The notes beneath the pieces are model-generated. The model was not told the origin of the DNA. It did not search any database and worked only from the letters and a program-made list of their open reading frames with translations. A stretch of 64,000 nucleotides of DNA, taken from positions 39,432,001 to 39,496,000 of the forward strand of contig OX597831.1 of the NCBI GenBank assembly GCA_951406725.2, in the 5' to 3' direction. This document shows positions 52,281-64,000 of the stretch, piece after piece. Within the stretch, counting starts at the first letter, position 1. Every line of letters begins with the position of its first letter. The position numbers and the translations under genes are program-made. The stretch comes from Octopus vulgaris (lineage: Eukaryota).

Positions 52281-52831
52281 AGTGACTTTATTTCGAACCT
52301 CCCTAAACAACATCCAAAATTAAGTCCCCTTATCACAAATTTCTCCCTTCACAAAAAATTCCATTACAGATTCTATTACTTCTGGGATCTGTATTTCCCA
52401 AACTATTTACTTTTAGTGAATTAGAATCCTGTGGAACACATCCCACATTTTAGGAAAACTCTACATAAAAAATTATAATATGTCTTCTTTAAGCTTATTT
52501 CTTTCCTTCGTTTTTCTTAAATTTAAATTGTACACGAGGTTAAACTAAACATGAACCATCTTTAAAAACTTCAGACGCCATTACAAAACTATTTCGAAAA
52601 ATTCAGACGCCATGACACAACACAAAGGTTATGAAAGTTTTCTCCTTAACTGAGACTTTGTTTCGATTAAATTCTTCCTAGAATTCCCTATTAGGTTTAT
52701 TTTTCCCGTAGAGGGAGAGACAGACAGACAGACAGACAGACAGAGACAGAGAGAGGGTGAGACAGACAGACAGCGAGACAGCGAGAGACAGAGAGAGATA
52801 GACAGACAGACACATACACAAAGAAAGAGAC

Positions 52832-52882
<51 letters not shown>

Positions 52883-53079
52883 AGGGATTTAGGCAATTAC
52901 ATCGACCTCTTCCCGAATTTGATAGGTACTTTAGTTTATCGATCCCGAAAGGATTAAAGGCGAAGTTGAGTTGACCTCGGCGGAACTTGAACTCAAAACG
53001 TAAACAAACGGAAAGCAATACCGTCAGGGCCTTTCATCCGAGGCTTTCAGGAATCTGCCAATCGAAAATGACAAAATAG

Positions 53080-53171
53080 GAAGAAGAAGAAGAAGAAGAA
53101 GAAGAAGAAGAAGAAGAAGAAGAAGAAGAAGAAGAAGAAGAAGAAGAAGAAGAAGAAGAAGAAGAAGAAGA
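53080..53171. repeat. (GAA)n microsatellite
   Basis: Directly visible. Confidence 0.97.
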
Positions 53172-53346
53172 ATTCTTTCTTTATAGGAATTTAGACGTTA
53201 AGAATCCGATAGAAAGTCATCAGTCTTCAGGGAGCCACAACGTCTCAAAGACGCACACGGGAACATAAAAACACACACACACGTACACACAAAGACACAT
53301 ACACACAGACACACATATACATGCATCAATACATACATACGTTTAC

Positions 53347-53587
53347 GTGTGTGTGTGTGTGTGTTAGTGTGTGTGTGTGTATGTTAGTGTGTGTGTTAGT
53401 GTGTGTGTGTATGTTAGTGTGTGTGTATGTTAGTGTGTGTGTGTGTGTGTTAGTGTGTGTGTGTGTGTTAGTGTGTGTGTGTGTGTGTGTGTTAGTGTGT
53501 GTGTCTGTGTGTTAGTGTGTGTGTGTATGTGTTAGTGTGTGTGTGTGTGTTAGTGTGTGTGTGTGTGTTAGTGTGTGTGTGTGTGTT

Positions 53588-53622
<35 letters not shown>
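53347..53622. repeat. (GT)n tract periodically interrupted by TTAG
   Basis: Recurrent gtgtgTTAGtgtgtg units. Confidence 0.93.
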
Positions 53623-54485
53623 ACACAAGCGCATAATACTTTCCATCAACAAACCACAGAAGGCTGCTGTAAAGGCATTTCTTTAACCTAAGTCAATCTA
53701 TTTATTTATAACAGTTTTACTGTAAAGCTTCTCTCTCAAAACAATAAAAACCACAATTCGCGTCGGTCATAGAATATAAAATCAGCGAGAAATGCCAATG
53801 AAAGAACAGAAGCACAAGAATATATATTTAAAAAAAACGGATAAAATATACGGAATGTAATAAGTTTTCTCAATAAACGTTTCTAGTAGTTTTCTATCGG
53901 AATGTTCATTATCTACCTTCTTTGTGTATTCTCTTATTCCTCTATCCTCTTCTTCTGATTCGTCTCGAATATTCAAATATTCAAAATTATTTTAGTGATG
54001 CATAATAATCTTCTAATTTATTGTTTCTATTCCTACCTCTCTGATGGTGAAAAAAAAAAACACAAAACAGAACATTTGTATTTTTTAAAATATTTTTACG
54101 GATCTTTTCTGCTTCACTACCACATTTCAATTTTTTCAATTTTTTTCCATTTGATTTCATATTTGGTGTAATGGTGTAGTCTTGTGTGGTAATCATAGAC
54201 ATGAAATTCATGATCGCCATAAATTAATAATTAATGAGTTAATAGCTTTTAGAATTTGCAAATTTTGGGTAATTTTAGCCAATCGAAAGCCACAGACATC
54301 TACATGCCTGTTTCTATAATAACAAGTCAAGTTGATACCAAGCTGCTTACCCACGTAAAAATGAGAACAAGGGTTGATTTGTTCAGCTAAACACTTCAAG
54401 GCAGTGCCCCAGCATGGCATTAGTCCAATAAGTGAAAATTAAAAAGATAAAAGATAAAAAAAAAGATGTATATATATATACGCCT

Positions 54486-54518
<33 letters not shown>

Positions 54519-54916
54519 ACTCTTTAGCATGGTGAACAGAGAGAATCGTTAGCACAACGGACAAAACGCTAAGTAGCATTTCATCCGTCTTTGCGGTTTG
54601 AGTTTAATTTTTTCCGATGTCGATTTGCCATTTATCCTTTAGGGGGCCAATGGGCACTCTGGGGTCGATGCAATCAACCTGCCCTCAAAATTACTGGCTT
54701 TGTGCCAAAACTAGAAAGAATATGGATTCACGCTCAAAACATAAATACACACAAAATACACACAAAAAGAAAGAAATGATACGTAAATTGGTTTCGAATT
54801 TTGGCAGAAGGCCAGCGAGTTGAAGGAAGGTGTAAGTCAATCATACCAGCCTCAGTATTCAACTGGTACTCAGCTTATCGAACCTGAAAGGGACGAAAAT
54901 CAAAGTGGACCTAGAC

Positions 54917-55165
54917 CAGACTTGGCCAACTCGAATTACATAGCGTGCCACTTCAATCACAGAAAGATTTTTTGAAGGCCGCTTGTATACATTATGCACT
55001 AACAGTCAAATAATCAAATTACAGAATCACGAATTTTTCATCCTTTTCGTTTGTTTAAAATTACTTTGAAACAAATGTTTTACATAAACAATATAATTTT
55101 GAAATTAAACACAATACTATAAGGAAGTCGCATGCGGATCGCGGGCCTCGGGTTGGCTAGCCCTG
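54917..55165. mobile_element. hAT (Charlie-type) MITE nested in a degenerate SINE B
   Basis: cagacttggccaac ... gttggctagccctg termini, gcggatcgcgggcc subterminal motif; degenerate TSD acctagac / acttaaat. Confidence 0.6.
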
Positions 55166-55275
55166 ACTTAAATAGAATTTTTAAAGTCTGTACATAAAGA
55201 CAGACGAAATGTTGCTAAGCTGTTTGCCCGGAGTCTTAATAGTTCTACCCCCGCGCCACCTTCAAACACCAGATA

Positions 55276-55837
55276 TTGGGTTGTCCGGAAAGTTCGTGCT
55301 GATTTATAGTAGCTTATCTTTCCACTTATTTTAGAACATGGTTGAGTTCATAAAATAGGATTTGACTACACCTCCATTTAGAGCACAGTTTAAGCTATCT
55401 GTTAATGGAAGAAAACTTATGTTCCTATAACCTGTGTTAATTCTGTAACCCTTTACAATGGAAGATAAAGTTCATTTTGGCACTTGATGCTTTGGGATCC
55501 AGACAAAAATTGCTGCCGCTCGGCTGGGATGTGTTACCCCACCCTCCATATTCACCAGATATTGCTCCTTCGGATTTCCACTTATTCAGGTCTCTGCAGA
55601 ATAGTGTTAATGGTAAAAATTTCAATTCCTTGGATGACGTAAAAAGATACCTTGATGAATTGTCTGCCATGAAACCACCTCAATTCTGGGAAGAGGGTAT
55701 TTTCAAGTTAAAGGAAAGATGGAGACGCATTGTGCAACAAAATGGTTCATATCTGGTTGATTAAAAATGTAATGGCAAGTATTAATTGAACTTTTCTTTT
55801 TCTTTAACAATCGGCATGAACTTTCCGGACAACCCGA
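55276..55837 (+). mobile_element. Internally deleted mariner (DD34D) element (562 bp)
   Basis: 29-bp TIRs TTGGGTTGTCCGGAAAGTTCGTGCTGATT (3 mismatches between ends), TA TSD at 55274-55275 and 55838-55839. Confidence 0.93.
55458..55764 (+). pseudogene. Mariner transposase remnant (N-terminal stub fused to C-terminus)
   Basis: MEDKVHF-HLMLW joined to RQKLLPLGWDVLPHPPYSPDIAPSDFHLFRSL...GIFKLKERWRRIVQQNGSYL. Confidence 0.92.
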
Positions 55838-56149
55838 TATTAGACAATGCTTAAGAACAATCTACGATTTACAGCAAATAATACATGTTTACATGAAATA
55901 AATAAATACTAAACACCTGATTTGCACAGATATTTAACGCAATGACATGTCATTCCGACATATTTTCACACTTTTCAGGTGAATCATTAAAAAAAAATCT
56001 CAAATTTAATTTTTGCAAAAGTTTTATAATTTTTTAAGTCGAATTCTTGAAATACGATGTCATCTTCGGTTCTGTAAGTAATATATGATGCAATTCCGTT
56101 TCTTTCTATTTTGTTGGATATTGCGGTGTTTTTCTATTTTTGCGAATTG

Positions 56150-56186
56150 TGTGTGCGCATGCGTGTGTACACGCATATATATACAT

Positions 56187-56232
<46 letters not shown>

Positions 56233-56430
56233 TGCACATACGTATGTGTGTGTTGAGAGAGCATATTTACATATAAACATATATATGTATACATATATAT
56301 ATATGTGTATATATATATGTGTGTGTGTGTCCACATATACACACATAGTTGTGCGGGTATATGTGTTTGTATACGCACGTACATGTGTGTGAGTATACTT
56401 ACATATAAACACACGTAAATATATATATAC

Positions 56431-56465
<35 letters not shown>

Positions 56466-56905
56466 CATATATATATACATACATATACGTATATGAATTT
56501 ATAAACATATAATTATATATAAATATATATATATATATCCACATATACACAAACACATACATACATACATACATACATACATGCATACATGCATAGATAC
56601 ATACATACATACATACATACATAAATACATACATACATACATACATGCATGCATACATGCATACATACATACATGTCAGTGCTTTCTAAATATTAAATCA
56701 GTGACACTTTGCTGCTATGATATGTGAATAAATTGCTGAATAGAACTTTCGCGTTGGCATTTTTTAAATGGCGAAAGCTACCTTCTCAAAAGATGACTTA
56801 TTAAATACTTAAGAGGTTCGTTTGCTGTATTTCTGTTCTATCTGTCAATTTTTTTTCTTTTTGTTTAGCTGTTGAACGTTCCTTTTATGCTTAGCATTTA
56901 CACAT

Positions 56906-56975
<70 letters not shown>

Positions 56976-57205
56976 CGTGTATTCTTACACACACATACAA
57001 AGCCACACGTACATATATATATATATATATATTTACGTGTTTATTTATTTAATCGTCATTCTCTATGCCTATCTCGCTCTACATATCTATATGTGTATGT
57101 ATGTATATCTATATATATATATATATATGTGTATATATGTGTGTGTATGTGTGTGTGTGTGTGTGCGTGCGTCTAAGCGGGAGTGTATGTGTATAAATGC
57201 CAACT

Positions 57206-57236
<31 letters not shown>

Positions 57237-58123
57237 GTATGTATATATATATATGTGTGTGTGTGTGTGAGTGTGTGTGTGCATTTATGTATGTACATAT
57301 ACGTTTATATATATATACACACACGCACAATTACACACACACATATATATATGTACGTGTGCATGAATGTTTGTATGCATATATGTATCAATGGATGTGT
57401 TTATCCTTGCATATAAATATATATCGATGTATACAAGCATACATATGTATGTATGTATGGGTCTATTCATGTATGCCTGCATGTAAACATCTATGTAAAT
57501 ATAAATGTTTTATATATGTATGTATGCGCGTGCACTTATGCTTGCATGCATGTATGTTTGTATATATGTAAGTATGTATGTATTACGTAACTATGTATGT
57601 ATGCGTGTGCGCCTATGCATGCATGTATGTTTGTATGTATGTAAGTATGTATGTATTACGTAACTATGTATGTATGCGTGTGCGCCTATGTATGTATGTT
57701 TGTATGTATGTATGTATTACGTAACTATGTACGTATGCATGTAAATAAATACGTATATACGCTTGTATATATGTATGTATGTATGTATTTATGTTTGTAT
57801 GTATGTATGCATGCACGTATGTATGTACGTATGTAAGTACGTACGTATGTATAAATGCAGGTATGAATTTCCGTATGTGTGTATATATGTATATATGTAT
57901 GTATGTATGTAAGTATGTATGTATAAATGTATATATGTATGTATGTCAGTATGAATTATATATTACTTAACTATGTATGTATGCATGTATATACATACGT
58001 ATATATTCGTTTGTATGTAGGTATGTATGTATGCATGCACGTGTGTATGTACGTATGTAAGTACGTACGTATGTTTAAACGCAGTCATGTATTTCCGTAC
58101 TTATGTATGTATGTATATGTATT

Positions 58124-58157
<34 letters not shown>

Positions 58158-58272
58158 TGTATGTATGTATATGTATATGTATGTATGTTTGTATGTATGT
58201 ATGTATACATGTATGTATGTATGTATGTATGTATGTATGTATGTATGTATGTATGTATGTATGTATGTATGC
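56150..58272. repeat. Extended (TA)/(CA)/(TATG) low-complexity block
   Basis: Directly visible. Confidence 0.95.
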
Positions 58273-58736
58273 ATAGAAAATCGAAAATCAGATTCACATT
58301 TTCACTTTTTGCAAATATCTTTGGTTTCTCTCCAACAAAATGATATCTCCAAGCTTAACTACGAAGACTTAAGCTCTTTCTTTCATTTTGTTTGATGTCA
58401 CTGAGCTTTCATTTAATCCGAACGTTCATTTAATCACAAATCAGGGATATAAATGGTTGCCATATTGATAAAGGAATTTTTTATTATTTTACGATAAAAA
58501 ATATTGTTCTGTATTTTGTGTTGAAATATTTTTGAATAAGGTAAGTAAAATCTTATATAATGGGATAAAAAGAAAACAGAAAAATAACATATGATTAATA
58601 CAAAACAGAAATGTTTAAGCAAACCTCACAACAGAACCCTTATGAGTCACGTGATGTTAAGGTAACGTAATGTAATAATTTCTTGCGTGTGACATCTCAG
58701 TGTTTTTATTCTCTCTTTTTCTTTACCTCACTTCCT

Positions 58737-58788
<52 letters not shown>

Positions 58789-59191
58789 ACACACTGTCAT
58801 TCCTCCTTCTCTGAAACACACGTGTGCATACATATGCACACTCTCTATTACATATCTGCATATGCAAAGATCTACACGCATATACATGCTTAGTATAATA
58901 TCAACAAACGTTTGTGTGTATGTATCTATGTATATATGCATGTGTATACGTGTGTGTATGTATGTATATATGTATGTATGTATTTACGTATGTATGTATG
59001 TATGTATTAATGTATGTATGTATGTATGTATGTATGTATGTATGTATGTATGTATGTATGTATGTATGTATGTCTATGCAAATGTTATATAATTATAGGG
59101 GCCTGCGAAAGTTGAAGACGCGCAGAACCGAATCAAACTGTTTTAAATATATGTGTGTATGTGTGTGTATATATATATATATATATGCTTA

Positions 59192-59222
<31 letters not shown>

Positions 59223-61026
59223 TTATATATATATATAAATATGTATATACATATGCATATGGAAATGGAAAACAGGACAAGTAACACAAAGAACGACCCT
59301 TCATCAGTTGTCGGGTGTGTATCGACTCCTCATTTCGAGGAATTTATCTTAGTGGCTGCGTGGTAAGTGACTTGCTTGGTTCCGGGTTCAGTCCCACTGC
59401 GTAGCACCTTGGGCAAGTGTCTTCTACTATAGCCTCGGGCCGATCAAATGGGATAATTATAATTCTGCCTACTGCCTCATTAGCACATGATGCAGGACCC
59501 TGTCTAGCGTAATATTGCAGAATCAAACGATAACCCTTATGACTTTGATTGATAGAAAGGGGAGCACGACTCAACTCCAAGGTAAGGACCAATAGTCCTA
59601 ACATAAGCCTTGCAGAGTGAATAATAACAACAATAATTTAAACAAGGAAAGGAGAAGTCGAATCGACATTACGATCGTTACTATAAACGAACGAGTTTTT
59701 AAATTGATGTTTCATATACTGTTATGTAATACATATAAATATAAAATAATATCCTTGGTATATATGTATGTATGTCATTATTCTGTTTATTTTGAGATTT
59801 CTTGCCAAGAGAGAAAGAACCGGTTTCTAACCTAGATCCTAGCTCATTCATCGGAATTTTAACATCAACAACAGGGTATTTTGTATGAATGAATGTATGT
59901 ATGTATGTGTACAGATTTGTATGTTTTGTTTTGTGTATGTCTTCTCATGCATATACTTGCATATACTTGCAGAGAGAAAGTAAGAAAATGGCAGACAGAC
60001 AGACAGACAGGCAGATAGGTAGGCAAAGATATACGTTTGATATACATAAACATATAGATAGACATACATATGACTTCACCTGATAGAAAGGGGCGCACGA
60101 CACAACTCCAAGGTAAGAACCAATAGTCTCCATATAAGCCTCGCAGACTAAGTAATAACAACGATTTAAATGAGTAAAGAAGTCGATGTATGTATGTATG
60201 TATGTATGTATGTATGTATGTATGTATGTATGTATGTATGTATGTATGTATGTATGTATGTATGCATGTATGTATGTATGTATGTATCTATGTATGTATG
60301 TATGTATGTACATATGTATGTATATATAATGCTTTCTGTAAGAGCGATGTTTACATGTTGAGGGACCTGCCCCGGTATATTGGAAACCAACAATCCTTAA
60401 ATTAGCGTTAATGATGATATTCAGCTTATATGTTTCATAAATATACAAATAAGGCTCTTTCCTAAGTTATCCATGATACAACCAAGCATGTTAAGAGAGA
60501 CAGCTCTTCAATTATCTTGTTCTCTCGTTAATATTATCTACGAAGAAAATATCCACTACTTCGAAGGCCTACGGTACTTGATTTCAATTCTCCATCGACA
60601 GATCAAATATAATTTCAACACTGTTTTTACCTCATTGAAATGGTTCTGAAAAAAAAAAATACAAGCGACAACATGGCGTTTATAATAACATAGAAAGGCA
60701 TATCCATGATGGCGCTGTTTTCTCAATTTCGAGGATTTCGAGAGAAGAGTTATGCAAATAGAAGGGTAGTATTCTATTATGTTGAACTGGGAAAATATAG
60801 TGTATATTTTAGCCTGTAAATATCAAACCATTTGATTACAGAAGAACTAAACTTCCATTTAGTTGATATTGAGTGTATAGAGAGATATGTAGAGAGAAAG
60901 TAAGAAAGAAGCACACAGACAGACAGGCAGATAGGTAGGCAAAGATATACGTTTGATATACATAAACATATAGATAGACATACATACATACACACTCACA
61001 CACACTCACACAGCGTAAGAAGAAAC

Positions 61027-62415
<1,389 letters not shown>

Positions 62416-62964
62416 TCTGTTATTCTTTCACACGTTTCAGCCCTTGAGCCGCGGCCATGCTAGAGTACTGTCAGCGTAATCACCTTTTCAATAGCTAATC
62501 TTATGTGACTGGCTTTTGGTGAAGGAGGGAAATCGACATTGTTGCCTTCTTTTGAGTCTCTTGCCTTGATATCGGTTTATCTGAGACTTTGGGTAGTAGG
62601 AGGTCAAGTTGCTTCACATACATACATACATACATACATACATACATACATACATACATACATACATACATACATACATACGTACATACATAGAACGCCT
62701 ACAATGCTAGAAATAAGAGCTAAAGTGCTCTGACGTTGCAGTCAACATACTCACAGTTGTATACACACATACTGACAGCGACCGTAAGCGGCCGAAAGTG
62801 CCAGTCGGGATATCCCCGTCGACGGTTTCGGCTTTAACCCAGAAGCACTTGATAAGCAGGCTCGGCATAATTTGCCAGTTTCCGGACAAGATCGGCAGCA
62901 ATATATATGTCTACTCCATAGAAATCTATGGATGATCTAGCGGATCGCTAATGTATATACAGAT

Positions 62965-63374
62965 ACTCTTTTACTCTTTTACTTGTTTCAGTCATTTGAC
63001 TGTGGCCATGCTGGAGCACCGCCTGTAGTCGAGCAAATTGACCCCAGGACTTATTCTTTGTAAGCCTAGTACTTATTCTATCGTTTTCTTTTGCCGAACC
63101 GCTAAGTTACGGTGACGTAAACACACCAGCATCGGTTGTCAAGCGATATTGGGAGGACAAACACAGACACACAAACATATACACACACACATATATAAAT
63201 ATATACATATATACGACGGGCTTCTTTCAGCTTCCGTCTATCAAATCCACTCACAAGGCTTTGGTCGACCCGAGGCTATAGTAGAAGACAGCCCAAGGTG
63301 CCACGCAGTGGGACTGAACCCGGAACCATGTGGTTGGTAAACAAGTTACTTACCACACAGCCACTCCTACGCCT
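62965..63374 (-). mobile_element. SINE family A, full length
   Basis: Tail ctctttttactcttttac through head ccactcctacgcct. Confidence 0.93.
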
Positions 63375-63584
63375 AGATAATTAGATAAGGCAGCTGTTTA
63401 GTAATGTATTACCAAAAAGGAAAACTATAATTGTCATTAAATATGGGAGAGGCTGTTAGAATATCTACAATGCTAGAAATAAGGGCTAAAGTACTCTGAC
63501 GTTGCATTCAACACTCGCAGTTGTATACATACATACTGACAGTTGAACTCAGAACGCAAAGTCTTCTTCGCTACGTAAATAATC

Positions 63585-64000
63585 CTTTCTACTAGAGATA
63601 CAAGGCCTGCAATATTAAGGGAGGGAACTCATCGATTACATCGACCCAAGTACTAAACTATTTTATCGACCTCGAAACTACATAAAGCGAAGTGGACCTC
63701 GGCGGATATTGAACTCATAATGTAAAGACGGGCGGAATACTGCTAATGATTCTGCCAGCTTGCTGCATTCTCCGCTACGGTAATAATATATTTCTTTACT
63801 ACCCACAAGGGACTAAACATAGAGGGGACAAACAAGGACAGACAAACGGGTTAAGTCGATTACATCTACTCCAGTGCAAAACTGGTACTTTATTTATCGA
63901 CCCCGAAAGAATGAAAGGCAAAGTCGACCTCGGCGGAATTTGAACTCAGAACGTAGCCGCTGACGAAATACCGCTAAGCATTTCGCCCGGCGCACTAACG
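63585..64000 (-). mobile_element. SINE family B: tail-2 copy directly upstream of a degenerate tail-1 copy
   Basis: Tail-1 copy 63585-63768; tail-2 copy from 63789 to the window end. Confidence 0.88.

Overview
Eukaryotic, AT-rich, essentially non-coding DNA (giant intron or intergenic). The repeat landscape strongly resembles an octopus/cephalopod genome; that assignment is my inference from family recognition, not a database result. Nearly all ORFs in the supplied track are translations of microsatellites ((TA)n, (CA)n, (TATG)n, (GATA)n, (GAT)n, (CTT)n, (GAAA)n) or SINEs. Supportable content: three tRNA-derived SINE families (here called A, B, C) in dozens of copies; two internally deleted Tc1/mariner elements with both TIRs; two non-autonomous Helitrons; several MITEs, one with an 8-bp TSD and internal TTAGGG repeats; a fossil hAT (Buster/Charlie-type) transposase; a Tx1/L1-type ORF1 fragment; a Penelope-like GIY-YIG fragment; minimal hammerhead-ribozyme motifs; and several long fold-backs. 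No complete host gene is recognisable, only a few low-confidence exon candidates at 6.9-19.2 kb. Most notable are (i) a ~1.85-kb array (48600-50450) of ~45 copies of a GGAACTTTCCAGGAAGT core, which overlaps kB-like, STAT and ETS sites, separated by variable C/T-rich spacers and abutting a Penelope remnant; (ii) recurrent self-targeted integration of one SINE-B tail variant into or just upstream of other SINE-B copies, including a likely glimpse of the partner LINE 3' end; and (iii) a hammerhead motif with an intact catalytic core at 6310-6352 (-).
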